A DNA stretch of 64,000 bases from Eledone cirrhosa (taxonomy: Eukaryota), in NCBI GenBank assembly GCA_964016885.1, contig OZ024744.1:109492001-109556000 (forward strand), in the 5' to 3' direction. The notes under the pieces are model-generated. The model did not search any database, was not told the origin of the DNA, and was given only the letters and a program-made list of their open reading frames with translations. The translations under genes and the position numbers were made by a program. This document shows positions 35,597 through 47,400 of this stretch, in pieces; within the stretch, counting starts at the first letter, position 1; every line of letters starts with the position of its first letter.

Positions 35597-37722
35597 TTAT
35601 GGAGGATAAGTGTCTGAAAGTGTGTTAAGTTTATATGAGCTGGAAAGCAGGTGTGATTTCATGTGTGGGCAACTGGTGAAAATTTCCGTCTTTGTGTTCA
35701 GGCAGGTCTTTGGTGATCTAAGATTTTGCAATATCCAATATTTTTAATTTATGCAGAGCGTGCATTTTCTTGTTCCTCTTGCATATTCTTTAGATTGCTT
35801 CAACATTGACCAATCTAATTTATATTGGATGCCTTGGTCTTTCAAATCCCAAATTCTGCTAGCCAGAGCTGTTGTAAATCTTTTTTCTGGATGTCGAAAG
35901 GATGCGACATGTGAGTAATAACGCGTTTTGAATTTGTCTTGCGTCATACCCACATATCGTTCACTGGTGGCTGGATGGTTGTTGCTGATGGTTGTCACTT
36001 TAGCCGCATATACAATGGCTTTGGTGTTGCATTTACCTTGTAATGGGCATTCACTTTTGATTCTACAGGAGCAAGTTTGATTTTCTCTAGGTGATATTTT
36101 GTTGATGATATAGGACTTAATAGGGGGACCGCAGGAATAGCTAATTTCTGTTAAAGATCTTATAGTATCTATGTGTTCTAGGAAAATGTTTATCTAGGAG
36201 CTCTAGGAATTTTTTGCCTACATTAGTTTTAACTGCTAGAGAGTAGGGGGGTGTGAATCAGATTATTTTTCTTTTCCTGTTTTATGTTTAATAGAGTTAG
36301 TATAGTTGGGTATGTATTTAATCGGTTCGCTAAAACCGCTATTTTGGAGGGCTTTATTATAGTAGGGGGATGCCTTATTAAAAATAGCTTCTGAGGAAGA
36401 GAGGGTGGAGATCCTACGGCTAATATTAGGGATAAGGTTTTTAAAAACTATAGGAGGATGGCAAGAGCCTTTATTTATATATTTTAAGTTTTCATTAGGT
36501 TTATGGTATGGTTTATAAGAAGCAGTAGGCAAATCTAGGTTTATATCTAGGAAATCTACATTGGAAGGGTTAGTGTCAATAGTAATTTTAAGATTAAAAC
36601 TAGCGAAGGTTTTTATTAAGTCTTTCCTTAATCTATCTAAGTTATGGCCTATGGTGGTATGGGAAAGTATTAGACCATCGTCGCGATAAAGCCCAAAAAT
36701 ATGATTAGGAAATTTTTCTTTAAGTGTATGTAGGAGGAATAGGCCGACCAAATCACAAACTTCAGCACTGTCATAAGAGCCCATTGAGACATCGAATGGG
36801 TTCTCTGGGTTAGATATTTTTACCCAAGTGTCATTATCATTAAAGAGTAGAGTGTTTCTAGCTTGCAAGATGACATTCTCTTCAATATCGGAGATATTAG
36901 TAAACCCTCTAGCGAAATTTAAAGCTTTCGCTAAAAGGGTCTGAGTGATAGATGGGTAGAAATCTACAATGTCAAATTGGTGAATCTAGAACTATTTTTG
37001 TTTTTAATATTATTAAACCAATGTACTACGGAAGAGCTATTTATCCATTGGAGTAATTTAGACTTACTTCTAATGTGTGTATTTATATTATTTAAAATTT
37101 TTTTGCTGGCAAGACCAATATCAGTCTTAGCAGGGTTGATTAATCTACAACTAGGATGATTAATAAAGTCGGGTTTATGATCTTTAAGGGTGATGTACGC
37201 ATTACGTTTAGCAATTTTTTCTGTCCTATTATCTATTTTTAAAGAAACAGCTAATTCTTTAGATTCCTTATTTATATTATGGTACGTATTTATATTAGCT
37301 ATTTGGTATTTAGAGGTGATATTATCTATTAATAGTTGGTCGTGTAAATTATTATTAACTTCATATAGGTTTTTAGTTTTATCGGAGAAGATGAACTTAT
37401 TATTAGAAGATTTGAAAGTTGAAATATGATTAGATAGTTTAGATTGAAAAGGGTTAGAGTACTTACGAACATTTATATTGTTGATTAGGTTAACTAGGTC
37501 TAATTCAAAGGCGGTCATATATTTTACTCTTTGCGGGTATTTATGAGTTTTGATGTCAAAATATTCCGTAGAATCCGTGTTAAAGTGTCCATCGAGAATC
37601 AAAGCTTTCTATCTCATTCTTTTAACAACCTTCTCTACTTTGTCTATCAGTATTTTCGTGTAGAGAGTGTTAGAAGGTGTTGGGATATTCTTTACAGAGT
37701 AGTCCAAAGGGTATCTATTCAT
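35597..37722 (-). pseudogene. Naiad RT-GIY-YIG ORF with stops and frameshifts
   Basis: MNRYPLDYSVKNIPTPSN...KRMR*KA...SDKT...LKDHK...CRLINPAK...MGSYDSAEVCDLVGL...LYRDDG...CSCRIKSECPLQGKC...YVGMT...CTLCIN*K...CPHMK. Confidence 0.9.
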
Positions 37723-37945
37723 GTTCAGTATTGGTTTAAAATCCTATGACTGAAGAGTGCTCGACTTTAAAAGGGCTGGAAGGTGCCAATCTCATAAAGA
37801 TGTAGAATATGCTGCGATCATTCCCTTGGCAGCTGTATAAGTATTGAAATTTCCGTTGAAAACAGAAAAGGTCATAGAAGTGAAGAGTGCTCTATGTAAG
37901 TATCAGAGCAAAATTTAATGTATAAAAATCAATACAATATAATTA

Positions 37946-38015
37946 CCTCATTACCAGAGGTTTCCCGAATGAGGCGAATACGAAAGAAACGTCTTCATTC
38001 GTTCGTCAGACGAGG
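37946..38015 (-). ncRNA. Type I hammerhead (family H5), 5' pLTR
   Basis: The reverse complement reads cctcgt-CTGACGA-a-cgaatga...tcattcg-g-GAAA-cctctgg-TA-atgagg. Confidence 0.8.
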
Positions 38016-39178
38016 CAATATAAAACATGGGTAAATACTTGGAAAGTCTCAAGAAAAGAAAAAAAAAAAAAGCCCCCCCCCCCCCCCCCAAGCAAAATAA
38101 GCAACAACAAAAAAAAATATATATATATATGTATGCATACATATGAGTGTGTTTAATAATGTGTGCATATATGTGTGTATGTATATGTGTATATGATTGC
38201 GTATAGGTATCCATTTAGAAATGCTTGTGGCTATACTCTTTCCATATATTCTGAAACTACATGCAATATAAGTGTATTTTAACCTTAGTAGCAACTAAAT
38301 CTCACTAGTATTTACTTATAAGCTTCCAAGTAGTGACTTAGCCTGAATACATTATATATCCCATATTTGTTGTGGCCTTGTATTAGTTAAAAAGTAAAAT
38401 TACATAATAATGTTGTAGTAAAATACTATAGGATTATATTGTTATATTGTATTGCATTCATATTATGCTATATTGTATAATATGTGTGTGTACACGTGTA
38501 TGTGCATATAGATGTGTGAGTATATGTTTATATATGTGTGTGGGGTGTGTGTATATTCGTTTGTTTGTACGTTAGTGTGTGTAAGTGTATGTTTATGCTC
38601 ATCTGAGCACCACGACACCTACGGTATTCTATAGTAAAAATTATTATTAGCATGCTACATCTGTAAACAATTTTCTAAACCGAAACCACTAACTGTATCT
38701 GGGTAATATAAGTATAATTTGACACACTGTAATTCAGTGCAATTATTTAACTGGCAATATTAATAAGAAAAACACCTCCAGGCTCAATAACATCGCTTTA
38801 CCAATTTCGAGTTTGCCTCGTGAAATAAAATCTTCGTATGCTTAAATGTTTGAATGTATATTACAACATAATATGAGGTCAGCTAAATCGACTCTCTGCG
38901 TATATATATATTTAACGAAAGGTATAATGAAAGATTTGAATGGGTTATTTGAAATGTTTATAACAAAGTTGTTAAATGTAATAACGTAAATATAAAGAAT
39001 ATAAGGATTATTAAGAATAGGAAGAATATAAGAATACTAGGAATAAATGATTTGGTTATTTCTAGTTTACTTCACGTGAATCATTTAAGAACGTCGTGTT
39101 TACATTTTGTGTGTCTGTTTAGATCTAAATTAGTTATTGAGATTAAAGACAAAATCAGAGCCTCTGTCGTTTTAACTG

Positions 39179-39269
<91 letters not shown>

Positions 39270-39369
39270 ATGTGTAGTTGACGGTTGAGAGAAGAGTACT
39301 CAATACCGAAGTAATCTTGTAATGAGGCTTGCAGAATGGTGAGTCCGACATTCTAGACGCTGCTGCCTT

Positions 39370-39608
39370 GTAGAAGTCCCAAATCGAAGCTCTGACACTC
39401 TCGTCCACATCATTCAGCAGGGATTTTGCCAGGCAGCCGCATCATCTCCGATGGTTGGGCTTCCTATTCGGAAATTGAAGGTGGGATTTACGTTCATGAT
39501 GTTGTGGTGCACGAACGGAACTTTGTAGATCCTGCGGACCCTGATGTGTACACACAGCTCATAGAGAACACATGGAGCCGTGCAAAGAAGAAGCTTCGTC
39601 GCCAGCAT
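39370..39608 (+). pseudogene. Merlin/IS1016(ISXO2)-type DDE transposase fragment
   Basis: VEVPNRSSDTLVHIIQQ / LPGSRIISDGWASY...VVHERNFVDP...TQLIENTWSRAKKKL. Confidence 0.85.
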
Positions 39609-40559
39609 GTTTCGTTTAAACACACACAAAATGTAAACACGACGTTCGAAAATGAAAATAAATTTACTTTCATTATTGTGACCGCTAAAAGTCATGTATG
39701 CGAAAAACAGTTACCAATGGTTGTTAAAGTTGTTATTGTTTCTGATATGAGGCTGTTGTAGTCTGTTGTTGTTGTTGGTGTGAAAGCAGCGAACGACAGA
39801 TAATTGTTGTTGTTGTTGGAATTCGTGGTAATAGTTGAAACCTTAGTTAGTAAGAGTAATGGTTTGTATACCTCTTAATGGTCTGTAGTAACTGAGAATT
39901 ACCGTGGCTTGTACATGGTCTGTAGTAATAGAGGTTCCAATCTCTGTGTGTGTATCTGCAGGCCTCATGGGGGTCTGATGGTAGACCACGGGGATCTGTT
40001 GATAGCAGTAATCCTTACGTAGTTAGTTGCATATACTATCGCTTCGATGTCTCTGTTTGGAATGGCTTGTACATGGTCTATATATAGCTGTCACTTCCGG
40101 TCCCCCACCTTGAGAGGACAGCCAACGAATCCACCTGTCTACACCAAAGAGAGTGTTGACCTAGGATTTAACCTTTAGGTATCACCCAAAGTTCAAGGCG
40201 CGGACAGATTTCGCTACATATATATATATATATACTCATACATATGGTGGCTGCCAACTCGTTTTCGAGTACGGCCACTACTTTATATCCATGTAGGAGA
40301 ACCCCCACCGATGCGCTGAAAGAGTGTGACTTTTTAGTCCAGCCAGCGACTTGAAAACTCTGGTACAAACACTACACTTGTGACAATTATTGACACATAA
40401 TGCTGGGCCCATGATACCATGTGACGACAAGTGCAGAGAGATCTCCAGATATAAAGCAATGCCTGTGCCGTGAAGCTTTTATAGTGAGCAAAGGCACTGC
40501 ACAAAGCCAGTCCCACTCTCTTAACCAAGATGATATTTACCAAAAAGAAGAACAAGTCA

Positions 40560-40852
40560 ACATCATTGGATACCATCAGGGTTGCAGGTGTTATATCAGA
40601 GTTTTCCTTCTCCTAGAATTCTGCCTTGACAAAGGCTAAGGGGTCATCTCTCCCGGTGATTTTGGATGGCCATTGACTCTTACGAGCTCCTTTGTCCTTT
40701 GTCAGGTTTTGTTTTTAGTCCTGCAGGATGTCCAAAGTCACCCTCCTCACCAAGAAACCTTGGTGGGGTTGCCAGTTTAGTCGCCAACTACCCGACCATG
40801 GGACAAGTTGTACTGGGATACATGTTACCAGTAGCACCAACTGGTGACCTGA
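40560..40852 (-). mobile_element. Probable 5' UTR fragment of an RTE-like LINE
   Basis: It contains ctaggagaaggaaaactctga and a GC-richer structured leader that recalls RTE 5' UTRs. The resemblance is from memory and no ORF was seen. Confidence 0.4.
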
Positions 40853-41183
40853 CATACATATATATATATATATACGAACCTGATTAATATTAATGATAAT
40901 TTACTGACGTTTCTTACGTGAAATTCTTATCACTACCTCTTAATGTCGCTTCGCTTTATCGCTTTCCACATTTGTCTATCCATTTTATATAACCAATAAC
41001 AGATAGTCTTTTAACTATATAAGGAAAAAAAAATAATATCATGAAGAATAATGAAGTAATGCTTTTTACATCAAACTATAATCACAATTTTGTACGTTAC
41101 AACAATTCCATGTACAGCCTGTCTTTCTGAAATGCTTGCTTTACGTTCAATATTTGATATGGAGTTTATTCTTATTATTTGAA

Positions 41184-41690
41184 TCGGTAGAGGGTCGGAC
41201 GCCATGCTTTCCAGCATAGTTACGTCCCTTTACGATCTGAGTTCAAATCCCGCCGAGGTTGACTTTGCCTTTCATCCTTACCGGGTCGACAAAATAAAGT
41301 ACCAGTAATGAACTGGGTAATTGCTGGCCTTGTGCCTAAAGTAGAAACAATTATTTGAATGGCCCTTGCCATTCTGAGTTCAAATCCCGCCGAGGTTGAC
41401 TTTGCCTTTCATCCTTACGGGGTCGATAAAATAAAGTACCAGTAATACACTGGGTAATTGCTGGCCTTGTGCCTAACGTAGAAACAATTATTTGAATTTG
41501 GATTAGCAGTATTGGTAGAGTGTTGGATGCCATGCTTTGACGCATAGAGTTACGGCCCTTGCCATTCTGAGTTCAAATCCCGCCGAGGTTAACTTTGCCT
41601 TTCATCCTTACGGGGTCGATAAAATAAAGTACCAGTAATACACTGGGTAATTGCTGGCCTTGTGCCTAACGTAGAAACAATTATTTGAAT
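41184..41690 (+). mobile_element. Tandem array of three SINEs (family A)
   Basis: Three successive B-box/body/tail units are separated by attatttgaat. Confidence 0.9.
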
Positions 41691-41929
41691 TTGGTAAACT
41701 TTGTTTCTTCTCCCATTTCCTGAAGAAATACAATTATATGTATTATGTCTTGTATTAACAATTGCTAATTAATTATTTCTGATTGTTTTCATATGCATGT
41801 ACTATTGTCACTATATTGAAACGGACGTAGAAATTAAAGAATGGATTTAAGTGGTTAAACTTGGTTTTACTTCATTTTAAATATTAATGTTGTGCTACCT
41901 GTACTGGCCTCAACATCGAGAACCTTAAC

Positions 41930-43395
41930 CGTGAAAGAACATTTTGTTTGTTTGAAGAAATTGCGTCAGAGAAGCCATTGTTGACTAACGCAGTGTTGTA
42001 GAAAGGTTACGTTCTGTCAAAGTTAACCTTGTTAGAAGAAAGATTAGAAATCCTAGTGCTGATGTTTTTAACGAAGATTTTAAAGACCGTAAGGTGGTTG
42101 ACATGAGTCCTTGAGTATATAAACTAACTTTCCATTAAGTTTGTGAAAAGGTCTGAGTGTGTGTGCGTGAAAAGATTTAAATTAATGTCTAGACAATCTA
42201 CGCTAGTCAGGTTTGTTGCTACAGTCATCCGAAGTCTTATCTTGTTAAAAGTAGCTATTAATTCTTTTCTAAAACACTCAAGGTCATGGCCATTTTTATG
42301 GTTCGATAGAGCCAGACCGTCGTCGCGGTATAAACCCGTCTGAGAATTTCACTCGCAACGTATCTAAAATATCTCGTCCAACCAAATCGCATACATCAGC
42401 ACTTTCGAATGATCCCATTGAGGTATCGAATAATTCCAAGGTAGTTGACATTTTTGTTCAGGCGACGCCATTACTGAAAATGAGGGTTTTTCTGCAGTGT
42501 GTAATGATCTATCGAAGTCATGGACGGCGATGTAAGTGGTGGTGAACTCCAACGCTTTATCCAACGGTCACTGAGATGGACGTGTAAAAGTCCACTATGT
42601 CGAACTGGGTGAATTTGGTCTTATTGGTGCTGAAAGAATTGAACTACTTGACAATAGGGTCGCTGTTTTCCCACTGGGACAGGTTACATTTCATCCTAAT
42701 AGCCTTAACTACACCTCTAAGGATAACTTTGCTAACTAGCACCATCTTTGTACGTGCTGGGGTCAACGGTCTACAAGTGGGGTTAATAGCAAAATCGACC
42801 TTGTGATCCTTAAGGGTTAAACAAAAACCTCACGCTTAGCTAGGCATTGTAGTTTCTTACCTACATTATGGGCGGAGGCTAAGAGCTTGGCTTCTCTATT
42901 GATGTTAAGGTAAGTTGAGTGTTCTGCTCCATTATATTTCGATGTTATAGTTTGTATAATGGTTGTGTCAAATGGTTGTAAGTAGTTTGGTCAACTTTAT
43001 AAATGTTTCACCAGATAGGATAAAAGTGTTAGTGGCAGATCTACATTTTTTAATGTCTCGGCTAAGTTTATTTTGGAAAAGGCTAGAGTGTTTGCGAAAA
43101 GTAACGTTAGAAACTAAATCAAGAAGGTCCGCTTCGAAAGGAGTGAGGCCATTTACCTTGGGTGGATAGGTTCTCGATTTCTGGTTGAAGGTGTCGGCAG
43201 TGTTTTAGCACAATACACGTACTCAGCATGGATTAACAGATTCTTCACACCTACATCACGTGGAAGATTGGCACTCTACCCCGTGAGCGCTCTTTAAATC
43301 CTCCTGTCTTACACGCCTTGGACCTTACCAACCTTAGAATGGATCTATATAAGCTGGATTACACTTTGAAGAATATTCCCACTCCCTCCAACCAT
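41930..43395 (-). pseudogene. Heavily decayed Naiad-type PLE; the N-terminal segment 43240-43395 is inverted
   Basis: The minus strand encodes LKDHKVDF, CRPLTPARTK and GLYRDDGL. The plus strand encodes MDLYKLDYTLKNIPTPSN, homologous to the ORF start at 37722. Confidence 0.75.
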
Positions 43396-44120
43396 GTTTG
43401 CTCATGGTACAATGGAAAAACATCAACATTTAGAAGTCTTTGCTTCCACATTCTTCTATGTTTGCTTAGAGGGATATTTCTAGAAGACGGAGTTCTGATT
43501 TGCTGTCTATGGACCATCATTCTTTGTCTGAGGGTCAGCCCCGTCTGTCCAACATAATGTTGGTAGCAACCTCGGCAGGTGTTGACATGAATTAAGTTTT
43601 CTGTGTAGCACGAGAAGTTATTCTTAATTTTGAAGTTGGGTCCGTCTTTGAAGTGGAATTCATGACCTTCTAATAGGTAGTTGCATATTCCGCAATGAGG
43701 TTGGTTACATCTTTTCCCGTAGAGTTCTATAATTGTGGTTTGCAGCTCTGCCCTCGTCAGTATTTTGTTTATGATTTCGGTTGACGTTTACTCTTAATAA
43801 TAGGATATTTTTGTAAGAGTTTTCCATCTTATTTGTTTGTGTGTTGTAGTATAGGCATGTTTAGTTGTATATGTGTATAGATTTATGTGTTTTGGGAGTT
43901 GAAGGTTAAGATGTGTGGTATGTCTTTTTCTTTCTTTTTTTTCTTTTGTTTTGTTTCTTGGAGAACTTGAATATTGATTTTTTTAGCTTCGTGAATGTTA
44001 TCGGTGATATGAGTATCTATTCCATCTCCTCTAGTCTGTGGTTCCTTGTTATGTTTGAAACTATTGTGCAGATTCGTTTCGCTAGATTAAGTGGAATGTT
44101 GGTGCGTGTATGAGTTGTAC
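43396..44120 (-). pseudogene. PLE thumb/GIY-YIG fragment (non-Naiad type)
   Basis: The reverse translation reads KRCNQPHCGICNYL...FSCYTENLIHVNTCRGCYQHYVGQTGLTLRQRMMVHRQQI. Confidence 0.8.
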
Positions 44121-44273
44121 CTTAACATTCCCAGACAAAACTGTAATAATCCCAAGGAAAATACATATAAAGACAGAATAATAAACAGAAATCTAAACTT
44201 CAGATAGAATAAACCCAATACAGGGAACTAGAGAAATAATCTTAGATTGAACCAACAGGGGGAACTAGAGAAA

Positions 44274-44434
44274 TAATTGTTTCTACTTTAGGTACAAGGC
44301 CAGCAATTACCGAGTTCATTACTGGTACATTATTTGATCGACCCCGTAAGGATGAAAGGCAAAGTCAAACTCGGCGGGATTTGAACTCAGATCGTAAAGG
44401 GATGTAACTATGCTTTAATGCCAATCCACCGCCC
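44274..44434 (-). mobile_element. SINE (family A, internally deleted) inserted at the satellite edge
   Basis: The reverse complement runs from gggcggtggattggca to gtagaaacaattatt and lies between satellite monomers. Confidence 0.85.
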
Positions 44435-44435
44435 G

Positions 44436-47400
44436 ATACAGGGAACTAGAGAAATAATATCAGACTGAACCAATACAAGGAACTAGAGAAATAATATCAG
44501 ACTGAACCAATACAGGGAACTAGAGAAATAATATCAGACTGAACCAATACAGGGAACTAGAGAAATAATATCAGACTGATCCAATACAGGGAACTAGAGA
44601 AATAATATCAGACTGAACAAATACAGGGAACTAGAGAAATAATATCAGACTGAACCAACACAAGGAACTAGAGAAATAATATCAGACTGAACCAATACAG
44701 GGAACTAGAGAAATAATATCAGACTGAACCAATAGAGGGAACTAGAGATAGAATATCAGACTGAACCAATAGAGGGAACTAGAGAAATACTATCAGACTG
44801 AACCAATAGAGGGAACTAGAGAAATAATATCAGACTGAACCAATACAGGGAACTAGAGAAATAATATCAGACTGAACCAATACAGGGAACTAGAGAAATA
44901 ATATCAGACTGAACAAATAGAGGGAACTTGAGAAATAATATCAGACTGAACCAATATAGGGAACTAGAGAAATAATATCAGGCTGAACCAATACAGGGAA
45001 CTAGAGAAATAATATCAGACTGAACCAATACAGGGAACTAGAGAAATAATATCAGACTGAACCAATACAGGGAACTAGAGAAATAATATCAGATTGAACC
45101 AATAGAGGGAACTAGAGAAATAATATCAGACTGAACCAATAGAGGGAACTAGAGAAATAATATCAGACTGAACCAATAGAGGGAACTAGAGAAATAATAT
45201 CAGACTGAACCAATACAGGGAACTAGAGAAATAATATCAGACTGAACCAATACAGGGAACTAGAGAAATAATATCAGACTGAACCAATACAGGGAACTAG
45301 AGAAATAATATCAGACTGAACCAATACAGGGAACTAGAGAAATAATATCAGACTGAACCAATACAGGGAACTAGAGAAATAATATCAGACTGAACCAATA
45401 CAGGGAACTAGAGAAATAATATCAGATTGAACCAATAGAGGGAACTAGAGAAATAATATCAGACTGAACCAATAGAGGGAACTAGAGAAATAATATCAGA
45501 CTGAACCAATAGAGGGAACTAGAGAAATAATATCAGACTGAACCAATACAGGGAACTAGAGAAATAATATCAGACTGAACCAATAGAGGGAACTAGAGAA
45601 ATAATATCAGACTGAACCAATACAGAGAACTAGAGAAATAATATCAGACTGAACCAATACAGGGAACTTGAGAAATAATATCAGACTGCACCAATAGAGG
45701 GAACTAGAGAAATAATATCAGACTGAACCAATACAGGGAACTAGAGAAATAATATCAGACTGAACCAATACAGGGAACTTGAGAAATAATATCAGACTGA
45801 ACCAATATAGGGAACTAGAGAAATAATATCAGACTGAACAATACAGGGAACTAGAGAAATAATATCAGACTGAACCAATACAGGGGACTAGAGACATAAT
45901 ATCAGACTGAACCAATACAGGGAACTTGAGAAATAATATCAGACTGAACCAATACAGGGAACTAGAGAAATAATATCAGACTGAACCAATAGAGGGAACT
46001 AGAGAAATAATATCAGACTTAACCAATACAGGGAACTAGAGAAATAATTTCAGACTGAACCAATAGAGGGGACTAGAGAAATAATATCAGACTGAACCAA
46101 TAGAGGGAACTAGAGAAATAATATCAGACTGAACCAATACAGGGAACTAGAGAAATAATATCAGACTGAACCAATAGAGGGAACTAGAGAAATAATATCA
46201 GACTGAACCAATACAGGGAACTAGAGAAATAATATCAGACTGAACAAATAGAGGGAACTTGAGAAATAATATCAGACTGAACCAATATAGGGAACTAGAG
46301 AAATAATATCAGGCTGAACCAATACAGGGAACTAGAGAAATAATATCAGACTGAACCAATACAGGGAACTAGAGAAATAATATCAGACTGAACCAATACA
46401 GGGAACTAGAGAAATAATATCAGATTGAACCAATAGAGGGAACTAGAGAAATAATATCAGACTGAACCAATAGAGGGAACTAGAGAAATAATATCAGACT
46501 GAACCAATAGAGGGAACTAGAGAAATAATATCAGACTGAACCAATACAGGGAACTAGAGAAATAATATCAGACTGAACCAATACAGGGAACTAGAGAAAT
46601 AATATCAGACTGAACCAATACAGGGAACTAGAGAAATAATATCAGACTGAACCAATACAGGGAACTAGAGAAATAATATCAGACTGAACCAATACAGGGA
46701 ACTAGAGAAATAATATCAGACTGAACCAATACAGGGAACTAGAGAAATAATATCAGATTGAACCAATAGAGGGAACTAGAGAAATAATATCAGACTGAAC
46801 CAATAGAGGGAACTAGAGAAATAATATCAGACTGAACCAATAGAGGGAACTAGAGAAATAATATCAGACTGAACCAATACAGGGAACTAGAGAAATAATA
46901 TCAGACTGAACCAATAGAGGGAACTAGAGAAATAATATCAGACTGAACCAATACAGAGAACTAGAGAAATAATATCAGACTGAACCAATACAGGGAACTT
47001 GAGAAATAATATCAGACTGCACCAATAGAGGGAACTAGAGAAATAATATCAGACTGAACCAATACAGGGAACTAGAGAAATAATATCAGACTGAACCAAT
47101 ACAGGGAACTTGAGAAATAATATCAGACTGAACCAATATAGGGAACTAGAGAAATAATATCAGACTGAACAATACAGGGAACTAGAGAAATAATATCAGA
47201 CTGAACCAATACAGGGGACTAGAGACATAATATCAGACTGAACCAATACAGGGAACTTGAGAAATAATATCAGACTGAACCAATACAGGGAACTAGAGAA
47301 ATAATATCAGACTGAACCAATAGAGGGAACTAGAGAAATAATATCAGACTTAACCAATACAGGGAACTAGAGAAATAATTTCAGACTGAACCAATAGAGG

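Larger units (their letters stand above)
34124..38051 (-). mobile_element. Near full-length Naiad-type PLE with two direct pLTRs (34124-34339, 37836-38051)
   Basis: ~215-bp near-identical direct repeats each carry a hammerhead and flank a single RT-GIY-YIG ORF and a long microsatellite-rich 3' UTR. Confidence 0.9.
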
